DNA of 64,000 nucleotides from the NCBI GenBank assembly GCA_044372405.1, contig JBILRW010000004.1, positions 7,171 to 71,170 of the forward strand, in the 5' to 3' direction. The position numbers were made by a program, and so were the translations under genes. This document shows, piece by piece, positions 38,381 through 48,203 of the stretch. Numbering within the stretch: the stretch's first letter is position 1; the number at the start of each line of letters is the position of its first letter. Under the pieces are notes generated by a model. The model did not search any database. It was not told the origin of the DNA and saw only the letters and a program-made list of their open reading frames with translations. Source of the DNA: Alphaproteobacteria bacterium (GTDB taxonomy: Bacteria > Pseudomonadota > Alphaproteobacteria > JAJTHO01 > CANGYM01).

Positions 38381-40105
38381 ATGGCAGACGTCAGATTTGG
38401 TAACATTAAAGTCAACGACAATGGGTCGATTAACCTGTCATCCAAGGTGCTGGGTGTTGACCTGAATCAGTTGGTGGATGGGTACGTTAAGGCCAAAAGC
38501 ATTCCCATTACCCGCAAAGAAGTCGAAGTTTCCAAAAAAAGCGATATTCTCTCAGGCTATAAAGATTATGAATCCCTGCTAAACGCCCTAAAAACCCCAG
38601 CGTCAAATCTGCGTCGTCCCAGCGTGGCCCAGGCAGGAACCGACGTTTTTGGGCAAAAAATTGCCTATCCCACATCCGGCACGGGGGGATCCTCCACCGC
38701 CGTCACCGTCACCCCCAAAACAGACACGCCCCTGGGCACCTATAGCCTGACCGTGAACCGGTTGGCCCGATCCGATTCAGCCCTCAGCAGTGCTGTGGAT
38801 GTTTTTACCAGTAAAGAAGCCCCCCTCATCACGGCCAATGGAACACTTTCTGTCAATGGGACATCCATCGCGGTCAGTGCCGGGGATAGCCTAAAAACCG
38901 TTATTGAGGCCATTAATGCAAAAACGGACACCACCAAAGTCCGGGCGCAAATCGTGGATTTGGGCAATAACACCTATCGTTTGAGCTTATCCGCCAATGA
39001 AACGGGCAAGGCCATCGCCCTTTCCGGTTCAGATGCGGGCGTTTTGGATGATTTAAACCTGAGCAGTTCCGGATCCGGCGAAACGGATACCACATTATCA
39101 TCCGAGGTCGTTTATAACGGCGTAACGGTAACCCGCAGCAGCAACACGATCAAGGATTTGATTCCCGGTGCCTCCATTGATCTGTTTTCCGCCAATCCGC
39201 TGGATAAAATCCGGATTTCTGTAGAAACCAACAACCAAAACGTTCGCGGCCAGGTGGATGCCTTTGTTGAGGCCTATAACGATTTAAAAGATTTTTACGA
39301 TACCCAAACCGTGGTGAATGGGGACGGCACAGTCCCAAAGACCTCTATTTTGGTGAATCAGACAGCGTTTCGTGGATCTTTTCTGGGTCTGGAAACGATG
39401 TTAACGGGGCAGGTTTCTGGGGTATCGGGGGTGAATACCCTTCGGGACATTGGCATTACGCTGGATAAAGAGAACCGCCTGGTGGTGGATGATGTGAAGC
39501 TCAATGACGCCATTGTGGATAAGGGCGATGCGGTGGCTAAACTTTTCGGCTTTAGCAGCAGCAGTAGCAGCAGTGATTTTTTTGTGGCGCGGCGGCCCGA
39601 TTCCCTGAAATCCAGTTTGGGCAACACGGATATTACGGTTCGTGTTCTGGAAACCAATGCATCAGGAAAACCGATAAAGGCAGAAATGGTTGTGGGCGGG
39701 GTCACGTATAACTCAACCCAGGTGACGATTTCAGACGGGGGTGCCATTGTCCCCCCCAGCGGTATTGGACTCGACGGGGCCCGTTTCGGCTACACCGGCG
39801 GTGTTGTTACCGTGGGCAGCCCCAAAACCTCCACCATCAAAATGACCCAAGGCATTGCCGATACGGTGGCCAGTTATCTGGATACCAGTCTCAGTACCGA
39901 CGGGGTCCTCGCCAATCAAAAAGACAGCATCCAAAAAAACATTGATAAAATTGGCACGCAAATGGCGACGCTGAAAACACAGGTGGCGGATTATGAAAAA
40001 GGCCTGCGTTTATCCCTGCAAAGCACTGAATCCCGGGTTTCCCAGTTAACGGCCACGCAAAATTTTCTAAAGGCCCAGACGGATGCCCTGGCGGCGAATA
40101 ACTAA
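38381..40105 (+). CDS. fliD: flagellar filament capping protein FliD (hook-associated protein 2)
   Basis: 574 aa; collinear similarity to E. coli FliD, e.g. LSVNGTSIAVSAGDSLKTVIEAINAK...YRLSLSANETG and C-terminal coiled coil ...VSQLTATQNFLKAQ. Confidence 0.8.
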   Translation: MADVRFGNIKVNDNGSINLSSKVLGVDLNQLVDGYVKAKSIPITRKEVEVSKKSDILSGYKDYESLLNALKTPASNLRRPSVAQAGTDVFGQKIAYPTSGTGGSSTAVTVTPKTDTPLGTYSLTVNRLARSDSALSSAVDVFTSKEAPLITANGTLSVNGTSIAVSAGDSLKTVIEAINAKTDTTKVRAQIVDLGNNTYRLSLSANETGKAIALSGSDAGVLDDLNLSSSGSGETDTTLSSEVVYNGVTVTRSSNTIKDLIPGASIDLFSANPLDKIRISVETNNQNVRGQVDAFVEAYNDLKDFYDTQTVVNGDGTVPKTSILVNQTAFRGSFLGLETMLTGQVSGVSGVNTLRDIGITLDKENRLVVDDVKLNDAIVDKGDAVAKLFGFSSSSSSSDFFVARRPDSLKSSLGNTDITVRVLETNASGKPIKAEMVVGGVTYNSTQVTISDGGAIVPPSGIGLDGARFGYTGGVVTVGSPKTSTIKMTQGIADTVASYLDTSLSTDGVLANQKDSIQKNIDKIGTQMATLKTQVADYEKGLRLSLQSTESRVSQLTATQNFLKAQTDALAANN

Positions 40106-40143
40106 AGAGGTTTTTCAGGCTTTGGCGGCGCGGAAGGGGTCGT

Positions 40144-40440
40144 TTACGAAAATCCCCTCTCCACATCCATGGATTGGTGCAAAACATCGACAACAAAAAT
40201 ACCTTCTGGATCTGTTTTTCTGTAAAAAATCACATGGGACCCTTCAAAAAAGCACAAAGCGCCCTCTTCCAGTTCAGGCCTTGCCACACCATGGTGGGGG
40301 TTTTTGGCAAGATAGGCCATACGGTTTCTTAACGACAAAAGATAATGCTGGGTGCGATCAGGACCAAAGCGCTCCACAGAAAACTCTTTGATGTCTTTTA
40401 GACGCTGAAGGGCGCGTCGCGAGAGTCGATAGGAAGCCAT
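40144..40440 (-). CDS. parE: ParE/RelE-family toxin
   Basis: 98 aa MASYRLSRRALQRLKDIKEFS...VIFYRKTDPEGIFVVDVLHQSMD typical ParE. Confidence 0.75.
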   Translation of the reverse strand: MASYRLSRRALQRLKDIKEFSVERFGPDRTQHYLLSLRNRMAYLAKNPHHGVARPELEEGALCFFEGSHVIFYRKTDPEGIFVVDVLHQSMDVERGFS

Positions 40441-40445
40441 AACAT

Positions 40446-40688
40446 TTACAAATCAGCCATCAACTGATCCATAAACGTTTCCCCATCAACGGTATCGCCT
40501 GCCGCCCACTGTCGGTTGGCCTCGGCAAAGCACCCTTTTAAAAACGCTATCTTTTTCTGTTGCTCTTCCAGCAAAAACAAACCGGCCCGAACAGCCTCAC
40601 TGACCGAGGCAAAGCGTCCCTGATCCAGGCAACCCTGAACAAACTGGGCATAATGGGGAGTTAGCGTTACGCTGGTGTTTCGTTTCAT
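40446..40688 (-). CDS. parD: ParD/ribbon-helix-helix antitoxin
   Basis: MKRNTSVTLTPHYAQFVQGCLDQGRFASVSEAVRAGLFLLEE matches ParD N-terminal RHH; 5 nt upstream of parE. Confidence 0.65.
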   Translation of the reverse strand: MKRNTSVTLTPHYAQFVQGCLDQGRFASVSEAVRAGLFLLEEQQKKIAFLKGCFAEANRQWAAGDTVDGETFMDQLMADL

Positions 40689-40780
40689 AAAAACCTCTTG
40701 CACCCAATAATAATACACCTAAACATAATAAAATACAAGCGTCTATACCTGTTACAGATTGTCTTGAAAATACATCGGTG

Positions 40781-41809
40781 TCACCCATGCTCAAACATCA
40801 AACAGGCCACGTTGACCGGTTTGGATTTCAAAGCCTTTTCCAGACCCAGGCTATGTTCCAATCCCCGCAGGACCGCGGCATGGTTGTATTTTTTCATCAG
40901 GGCCAGGATGGCGGGCTTATCCTTAAAAAACAACGGGGGGCGCAGAGCTGCCATGGCCGCATCCAGGGTAGTTTGGGATCCTTTCAAATGAAGGTGCAAC
41001 GTATGTAATGTTTTAAGAATATCCATCACGGCCCGAACCACCATAATATAGGGCGTGGGCTGGGCCTGGGGATGATTTTTCACAAAAGCCGCCAGATCTT
41101 CCGGATAGTGCCTGGGGCGCAGCAAATAGGAAAAGGCCAAATCCCGTGCATGATCGTCATGATCCAGGGCCAGGATACGCATGTCCTCCAGCGTAATGGT
41201 GCGGCGGGGATGTACCAGCAGGGGCAGGGTTTGTAGGGCGGCCTCAACAGCACTCATCTGGGTCGCTAAATTCTTTTCAGCAAACAACAGCGCATCGGGA
41301 TCCATGGTATAATCCGATAAGCCGCGGCGCAGCGCCGCCATACACGCCGCCGGGGTGTCCTCGTAACATCCAATCAGGCCCGCGCGCTCATCGGCCTCGG
41401 CCCATTTTCTTAAGGCGCTGGTGGCCTTGATGGTGCCCGAGGTCACCACCACCATCACCCCGTAACGCAGTTGTTTGCCCAAATCCAAAAGGGCAGGGCT
41501 GATATCCCCCAGGCCCGATTCCGCCCGCACCACAACACAGGGATCCCCCCCCATCAAGGACGGCGTCAGCATCAAATCATACAAAACGTCCGCCTCTTTC
41601 CCCCAATCCTCAGAATGCAGGGTGGTATGGGTGTGGCTGGGCAAGGCTGACTTGATCTGATCCACCCCCCGACGAATGCTGGATTCATTATCCCCATGAA
41701 AAATCAGGGTAAAAAGATTTCTCCCCAAACGGGGAAGGATCTTTGGCAAAGCGCTGGGGGTCAATTTCATAATGACTGTGATACTCAACATCGGGTGGCG
41801 CGATGTCAA
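40781..41809 (-). CDS. holA: DNA polymerase III subunit delta (tentative)
   Basis: 342 aa, size and helical C-terminal domain consistent with HolA; N-terminal ...LFTLIFHGDNESSI... resembles the delta yLLyGed motif region; divergent, assignment tentative. Confidence 0.45.
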   Translation of the reverse strand: MTSRHPMLSITVIMKLTPSALPKILPRLGRNLFTLIFHGDNESSIRRGVDQIKSALPSHTHTTLHSEDWGKEADVLYDLMLTPSLMGGDPCVVVRAESGLGDISPALLDLGKQLRYGVMVVVTSGTIKATSALRKWAEADERAGLIGCYEDTPAACMAALRRGLSDYTMDPDALLFAEKNLATQMSAVEAALQTLPLLVHPRRTITLEDMRILALDHDDHARDLAFSYLLRPRHYPEDLAAFVKNHPQAQPTPYIMVVRAVMDILKTLHTLHLHLKGSQTTLDAAMAALRPPLFFKDKPAILALMKKYNHAAVLRGLEHSLGLEKALKSKPVNVACLMFEHG

Positions 41810-41902
41810 GATATCCGTCGGGGTTTCCCTCGGGGGTTATGGTAAAAGCGCCGCACGGAGGCGGGTGCCAAAAAAAAGAATGCTCACCTTGCAAAATCCC
41901 TG

Positions 41903-41931
41903 TTGACAGCAAGGGGGGCTTGCCCTATAAA
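41903..41931 (+). promoter_or_regulatory. sigma70-type promoter upstream of 23S rRNA
   Basis: TTGACA (41903-41908), 17-nt spacer, TATAAA (41926-41931); ~160 nt before the mature 23S 5' end. Confidence 0.5.
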
Positions 41932-42235
41932 CACACTCCCTGCTGGCGAGATTTTCAAATTCCGCCCAACTCATAAGGGGTGCAGGCCGGTCTGTGACAC
42001 AGTAAAAATATGATAACTGACTCTCAGTGAGGGTTAGGCACCCCACAAGCAGAGCCATCTGTTTCTGTGGTGTCTAGCACCAAAAACTGAGAAGCTGAGA
42101 ACAATCCTCAAGCGTAAATAAGAGCATCTGGTGGATGCCTTGGCGATTGCAGGCGATGAAGGACGTGCTAGGCTGCGATAAGCAGCGGGGAGGGGCCAAG
42201 ACCCTTTGATCCGCTGATTTCCGAATGGGGGAACC

Positions 42236-42335
42236 CACCTTTCAGGTGACAGGTGACGGGTGACAGGTAACAGGTTTTGCATTGCGCAGGCCTGTCACCT
42301 GATACCTGTAACCTGTCGCCTGATCTAGGTATTCT
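42236..42335 (+). other. 23S rRNA intervening sequence 1 (helix 9 position), heptad-repeat hairpin
   Basis: arms caggtgacaggtgacgggtgacaggtaacagg / cctgtcacctgatacctgtaacctgtcgcctg replace helix 9. Confidence 0.8.
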
Positions 42336-42729
42336 TTGGCTGAACACATAGGCCTTAGAAAGCAAACCCAGTGAACTGAAACATCTCAGTAGCTGGAGGA
42401 AAAGACATCAACCGAGATTCCGTAAGTAGTGGCGAGCGAACGCGGAACAGCCCAGTGCTCTCTCGAATGTAACTGGAACGACTTGGAAAAGTCGGCCATA
42501 GTGGGTGATAGCCCCGTACAGGTAAGAATAGAGAGAGACTCGAGTAGGGCGGGACACGTGAAATCCTGTCTGAACATGGGGGGACCACCCTCCAAGGCTA
42601 AATACTCGCAATCGACCGATAGTGAACCAGTACCGTGAGGGAAAGGCGAAAAGAACCCCCATAAGGGGAGTGAAATAGAACCTGAAACCGGATGCTTACA
42701 AGCAGTTGGAGCGGGCGCACCCGAGGGCT

Positions 42730-42860
42730 GCGCCCAGGTAACGGGTAGCAGGTAACAGGTAACAGGTAGAAACTTTCGGGTCATAAACTTTTGTTAAATT
42801 GATCTGAAATTTTTCTTCCTGTCACCTGTCACCTGTCACCTGTCACCTGGCCGCGCCCTC
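42730..42860 (+). other. 23S rRNA intervening sequence 2 (helix 25 position), heptad-repeat hairpin
   Basis: arms caggtaacgggtagcaggtaacaggtaacaggtag / cctgtcacctgtcacctgtcacctgtcacctgg with AT-rich 50-nt loop, at the helix-25 IVS site known from Salmonella. Confidence 0.8.
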
Positions 42861-43808
42861 CGGCGCGCCCGTGACAGCGTACCTCTTGTATAATGGGTCC
42901 GCGACTTAGTGTAGCAAGCAAGGTTAAGCCGATAGGTGGAGCCGAAGCGAAAGCGAGTGTGAATAGCGCGTTTAGTTTGCTGTATTAGACCCGAAACCAA
43001 GTGAGCTAACCATGGCCAGGCTGAAGGTTGGATAACACCAACTGAAGGGCCGAACCCACGTCTGTTGAAAAAGACGGGGATGAGCTGTGGTTAGGGGTGA
43101 AAGGCCAATCAAACTTGGAAATAGCTGGTTCTCCGCGAAAACTATTTAGGTAGTGCGTCAGACGAATACCATGGGGGGTAGAGCACTGAATCGGCTAGGG
43201 GGGCGCGAGCCTTACCAAACCGAATCAAACTCCGAATACCCATGAGTACTATCTGGCAGACAGGCATCGGGTGCTAAGGTCCGGTGCCGAGAGGGAAACA
43301 GCCCAGACCGCCATCTAAGGTCCCCAAGACTATGTTAAGTGGGAAAGGATGTGGGAAAGCCATGACAGCTAGGAGGTTGGCTTAGAAGCAGCCATCCTTT
43401 AAAGAAAGCGTAATAGCTCACTAGTCTAATCAAGCATTCCTGCGCCGAAGATGTAACGGGGCTCAAACATAGCACCGAAGATGCGGGCGCGCCTATGGCG
43501 CGCGGTAGCGGAGCGTTCCCTAAGCCGTCGAAGCAGTCCTGTCAGGGGCTGTGGAGGTATGGGAAGTGAGAATGCGGACATGAGTAGCGACAAACAGAGT
43601 GAGAGACTCTGTCGCCGAAAGCCCAAGGGTTCCTATCCAATGCTAATCAGGGTAGGGTTAGTCGATTCCTAAGGCGAGGCCGAAAGGCGTAGTCGATGGG
43701 AACACGGTTAATATTCCGTGACCTTTGGTCCGTGACGGATCGAAACGATTGTACTTTCTTATCGGATTGATAAGTGCAGTCCAACGGTTCCAGGAAATAA
43801 CGGACCAG

Positions 43809-44380
43809 CTTGGGATTGTTTAAGGGAAAAGAAAAAAGCACGCCAGAGGCGACGTGCTAGAAATTTATTCGTTGTTGCGTCGACGATCAATTTCGTCGAG
43901 TGCAGCGAATGTGATGCATCCTGGAAGCATCGAAATTGCCCCAGGAATGTTTAAAACAAAAAGAAAAAAGAATCTCCATCCTCCTTCAACAAGGATCATT
44001 TCTGCTCCTTGCTTTGGAAATAGGGAAATTCTGTCGGTTTTAAACTCCTTCTCCAGAAGAATTGCGGAGAAGTAAACAAAAAACACGACTGTAACTAAAG
44101 AAGAAACGACTAAATTTAGGCGTCTTTTTTTGTACTTATCCATGGTGTTAAGTTATTTAACTAAGGTTTATTTTGACATTATGCAGTGCAGTGCAGTGCA
44201 GTGCAGTGCAGTGACATTTGTCACATTACGAAAAATAATTTCCCTTAAACAATCCCAGGCGTTCAGGTGACAGGTAACGGGTAACAGGTGACAGGTTGTG
44301 GGTTACAGGTTATGGGTAGATTTTCTACCTATTTTCTGTTTCCTCTTCCTGTTACCTGTCTCCTGTTACCTGTTACCCGG
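43809..44380 (+). other. 23S rRNA intervening sequence 3 (helix 45 position), composite ~570 bp
   Basis: 19-bp inverted repeat cttgggattgtttaaggga / tcccttaaacaatcccagg bounds an AT-rich 410-bp module with a 92-codon ORF (43865-44143, minus) and a (GCAGT)5 microsatellite (44183-44207); followed by heptad hairpin 44263-44379. Confidence 0.8.
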
Positions 44381-44649
44381 ACAATGATCGTACCCGAAAC
44401 CGACACAGGTGGGCAGGTCGAGTAGACCAAGGCGCTTGAGAGAAGTATCCTGAAGGAACTCGGCAAATTGCTCCCGTAACTTCGGAAGAAGGGAGCCCGT
44501 CATGAAGGCAACTTTTTGGCGGGGTCACAAAAGAGGGGGTTGCGACTGTTTAACAAAAACACAGGACTCTGCGAAGTCGTAAGACGAAGTATAGGGTCTG
44601 ACGCCTGCCCGGTGCCGGAAGGTTAAGGAAGGATGTGCAAGCATTTGAC

Positions 44650-44729
<80 letters not shown>

Positions 44730-45170
44730 TGAATGGCGTAACGACATCCCCACTGTCTCCAGGATATACTCAGCGAAATTGAATTCCCCGTGAAGATGCG
44801 GGGTTCCCGCGGTCAGACGGAAAGACCCCGTGCACCTTTACTACAGCTTTACACTGGCTCTAGGAATATCATGTGTAGGATAGGTGGGAGACTTTGAAGC
44901 CTTGGCGCCAGCCAGGGTGGAGTCAACCTTGAAATACCACCCTTGATGTTTTTAGGGTCTAACCCAGGTCCGTGAATCCGGATCGGGGACCGTGTATGGT
45001 GGGTAGTTTGACTGGGGCGGTCGCCTCCCAAATGGTAACGGAGGCGCGCGAAGGTAAGCTCAGTACGGTCGGAAATCGTACGTCGAGTGCAATGGCATAA
45101 GCTTGCCTGACTGCGAGGCTGACAAGCCGAGCAGAGACGAAAGTCGGTCATAGTGATCCGGTGGTTCTTC

Positions 45171-45224
<54 letters not shown>

Positions 45225-45253
45225 AACGCCCAAGCGTCCACAGCGACGGCGTT

Positions 45254-45331
<78 letters not shown>

Positions 45332-45339
45332 TGGTACGT

Positions 45340-45380
<41 letters not shown>

Positions 45381-45688
45381 TGCCGTGGGTGTTTGATGAT
45401 TGAGAGGATTTGCCCCTAGTACGAGAGGACCGGGGTGAACGTACCTCTGGTGTACCGATTGTGGCGCCAGCCGCATCGTCGGGTAGCTATGTACGGAACG
45501 GATAACCGCTGAAAGCATCTAAGCGGGAAACCGGCCTCAAAACGAGTCATCGTAGAGCCGTAGTAGACCACTACGTTGATAGGTGGCGTGTGAAAGGGTG
45601 GTAACACCTGAAGCTAAGCCATACTAATCGCTCATCTCTCTTTTGGATTGTTCTCGCGTCTTATGTTTTAACAAAGACGCATCTCATG

Positions 45689-45736
45689 CACCACCGTACA
45701 GGTTGGGGGTCCCTCCACCCCCATCCTGTACGGTGG
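45689..45736 (+). terminator. stem-loop downstream of 23S rRNA (terminator-like)
   Basis: caccaccgtacagg ... cctgtacggtgg 12-bp stem followed by T-rich ttatcatattttt. Confidence 0.4.
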
Positions 45737-45786
45737 GGTCAGTTATCATATTTTTGCGGTGTTGCTTCACATTTTCTTCATGAAAA

Positions 45787-46134
45787 TTGCTGTTTATGAA
45801 ACTTTTTCACAAAAAGATTTTTCAAAAACCAAGTTACCGTATTCTTTTGGGTATTTTAGGTGTTGCCCTACTTATTTCTCTGTATTTTAGACATTTGTTT
45901 GTTTTTCCCCTCATGACTGCGACGATTGTTTTGCCGATCAGGGCTCCTTTCCTTTTGTTTTCTAAAAGTATCTCATTGTATGAAATGGCTGCTTTTGCTA
46001 ATTCTGTACTTTTAGGGTTGTGTTATGTGGCTTGGCGTAAACGCCGTCATGCGTGGTGGGTTGAGGTGCTTTGCGTTTTGGCTTTTTATCTGGCAATGGG
46101 GGCAGCCATTTTTAGTATGGGGAATATGACGTAG
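45787..46134 (+). CDS. hypothetical small membrane protein (AT-rich)
   Basis: 115 aa, three predicted TM helices; ORF plus flanks bounded by 31-bp direct repeats 45735-45765 and 46134-46164. Confidence 0.4.
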   Translation: MLFMKLFHKKIFQKPSYRILLGILGVALLISLYFRHLFVFPLMTATIVLPIRAPFLLFSKSISLYEMAAFANSVLLGLCYVAWRKRRHAWWVEVLCVLAFYLAMGAAIFSMGNMT

Positions 46135-46171
46135 GGGTCAGTTATCATGTTTTTGGTGTGTTGCAGGAAAG

Positions 46172-46201
46172 AAAAAAGGGCCACAATGTGACCCTTTTTT
46201 T
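46172..46201. terminator. bidirectional rho-independent terminator between convergent ORFs
   Basis: aaaaaagggccacaatgtgaccctttttt: GC stem flanked by A-run and T-run. Confidence 0.6.
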
Positions 46202-46204
46202 AGG

Positions 46205-46489
46205 CTATTTGTTCTTCATGCGAAGCTCATAGCCTTTGCTCATCAAATCTACCGCCGCGTAATCAAAAGTGACCTTTTTAATCTCTTCGGGGATCTCGCA
46301 GATCTCCGAAGAGATTTCTCTGGTATGACTCCCAAGGGGGAAGTGTATGTCAATTTTTTTCAGCCGCACGCCGGCGACTATGAAAAACTTCACCCATTCT
46401 TCAGGGATCTGTTCAAAAAGAGCCAGAGCGGCGTCCCACCCATCGGGGGTGTGGACGTTTTCCAAAAACTGGTCTATATTCATCTTCAT
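46205..46489 (-). CDS. hypothetical protein (94 aa, AT-rich)
   Basis: MKMNIDQFLENVHTPDGWDAALALFEQIPEEW...; acidic, no TM; terminator immediately downstream. Confidence 0.4.
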   Translation of the reverse strand: MKMNIDQFLENVHTPDGWDAALALFEQIPEEWVKFFIVAGVRLKKIDIHFPLGSHTREISSEICEIPEEIKKVTFDYAAVDLMSKGYELRMKNK

Positions 46490-46646
46490 AATGAAAAAAA
46501 AACGCTTGACGCGTTAGGAAAGTTCCCCACCATTATGGCAGCGCAGCGCAGTCAAGATAAATTTTGTGTAAATTTTAGGCAAGCGCCGACTAGACTTATT
46601 CAGGCCTGTATGATAAGCTAGAAAAATGATAAAGAAGGTAAACCTT

Positions 46647-46886
46647 ATGATGCAGATAGGGGCTTTTGAGGCCAAAAATCGTTTTTCGGAAATTTTGCGC
46701 TGGGTTGCGGAGGGTGAGGAAGTCACCATAACCCGCCATGGTAAAGTCGTGGCCGTCATCATGGACCCTGAACAGGGGCGGACCCAAAAAGCCTCTCAGG
46801 CTTTTAGACAGTGGGAAGCGTTGGCAGGCAGCATCAAGGCAACCCCCGGCGAAATCGCCGCATGGGTGAAAGACGGTCGTCCATGA
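46647..46886 (+). CDS. Phd/YefM-family antitoxin
   Basis: MMQIGAFEAKNRFSEILRWVAEGEEVTITRHGKVVAVIM matches the Phd/YefM N-terminal fold; stop overlaps the downstream PIN toxin start (ATGA). Confidence 0.7.
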   Translation: MMQIGAFEAKNRFSEILRWVAEGEEVTITRHGKVVAVIMDPEQGRTQKASQAFRQWEALAGSIKATPGEIAAWVKDGRP

Positions 46887-47290
46887 ACCTTGTTTTGGAC
46901 AGCTCGGTTGTCTTATCGGCCTTGCTGGCGGATGAACAGGCGGAGTATGCGTCCTTGATTATTGGCCGGTTGAAGCGTTGCGAAGTGTATGGTGTTGTGC
47001 CGTCCCTGTTTTTTATGGAAGCCGCCAACGGCCTTCTTATGGCGCACCGACGAAAAAGGGTGGGTCAAGACACGTTGATTCTGCTGTTGCAAACCCTCTC
47101 CATCATGCCTTTTGAGAGGATCGAAACACCGGATATTTTGCAAACAACCGCGCTGGCGCAAAAACACACCCTTACCGTTTATGATGCCACGTACCTGTCC
47201 ATCGCTCTGCGTGGGGCTTTCCCGCTGGCGTCTTTGGATTCAGCCCTGCAAAAGGCAGCCCTGGCAGAGGGGATCTTTTATCAGCCCTAG
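46883..47290 (+). CDS. vapC: PIN-domain toxin VapC
   Basis: MNLVLDSSVVLSALLADE...VYDATYLSIAL...SLDSAL conserved acidic residues of the PIN fold. Confidence 0.8.
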   Translation: MNLVLDSSVVLSALLADEQAEYASLIIGRLKRCEVYGVVPSLFFMEAANGLLMAHRRKRVGQDTLILLLQTLSIMPFERIETPDILQTTALAQKHTLTVYDATYLSIALRGAFPLASLDSALQKAALAEGIFYQP

Positions 47291-47395
47291 TGTTTTCCGT
47301 TTCTGTCCATACGAACACAAACCGCGTTCACCAAAAATTTTATTTTGAAAAAACGGAAAATTCCGCCATACTCTGCAACTATGACACGTTGTTCG

Positions 47396-47435
47396 GGCTA
47401 CCGGATCTGCGTTCGCGTTGCTTGCCCGGTATGAC
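47396..47435. repeat. half-copy of type-2 MITE (right arm only)
   Basis: ggctaccggatctgcgttcgcgttgcttgcccggtatgacgaaaaa matches gctggataccggatctgcgttcgctaacgctcacttgtccggcatgacgaaa. Confidence 0.6.
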
Positions 47436-47474
47436 GAAAAAATAAGAGGGGCTTGTTTTGATCGTAAATTGACC

Positions 47475-48203
47475 TCACAACACCGGCCCTGTTCCCTGGC
47501 CAACGCCTGGGGGATTTTTGAGGGATTTTTGGATAAAGGCCAGGGCGTCTTCGGCGGCCTGGGGCAAAGAGAGTCCGCGCGCCAGTCCTGTGGCCAGAGC
47601 GCTGGAAAGAATACAGCCCGTACCATGGGTGTGACGGGTGGGGATGCGGGGGTGAGAAAAACGGGTTTCTTTGCCCCCTTCCCTTAACACATTCACGATC
47701 ATGGTGCCGTCTTCGTGTCCCCCCGTGATGAAAACAGCGGGGGCGTGAGACAGGGGGAGTAATGCGGCCTCTATGGTGTTGGGTGTCACGCAGGTGATGC
47801 GGGGCAGCAGGTCTTTTTTCAGGATAGACAGCCCGTCTTCATCAATGAGCGGGGCCCCATGACTGGCCCAGAGTATGGGATCCAGCACCACGGGACACGA
47901 AACCTGATCCAAAATTGTTACCAAACATCGGGCAAGGGCGCCGCTGCCCATCATGCCGATTTTGATGGCTTGGGGCGGTGTATCCGCCAGCAGGGTTTCC
48001 ACTTGATCCTGAAACAGCGCGGCGTCCGTGGGCACAATCCGTCCCACCGTCAACGTGTTTTGCACCGTTTGCGCCGTGATCACCGCCAGGGCGTAGCCCC
48101 CCAGGGCGTGAATGGTTTTCACATCCACCAAAACGCCCGCGCCGCCGCCGGGATCAAAGCCCGCCAGGGACAAAACAACGGGGGGTTTGGGGGATTCAGA
48201 CAT
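47475..48203 (-). CDS. thiD: hydroxymethylpyrimidine/phosphomethylpyrimidine kinase
   Basis: VLSLAGFDPGGGAGVLVDVKTIHALGGYALAVITAQTVQNT ribokinase-fold ThiD signature. Confidence 0.85.
   Translation of the reverse strand: MSESPKPPVVLSLAGFDPGGGAGVLVDVKTIHALGGYALAVITAQTVQNTLTVGRIVPTDAALFQDQVETLLADTPPQAIKIGMMGSGALARCLVTILDQVSCPVVLDPILWASHGAPLIDEDGLSILKKDLLPRITCVTPNTIEAALLPLSHAPAVFITGGHEDGTMIVNVLREGGKETRFSHPRIPTRHTHGTGCILSSALATGLARGLSLPQAAEDALAFIQKSLKNPPGVGQGTGPVL

Noticed and set aside
45650-47475. Search for a 5S rRNA gene after the 23S
   Set aside because: No segment shows 5S conserved motifs or cloverleaf-like three-helix geometry, so nothing was called. A covariance-model search should confirm.
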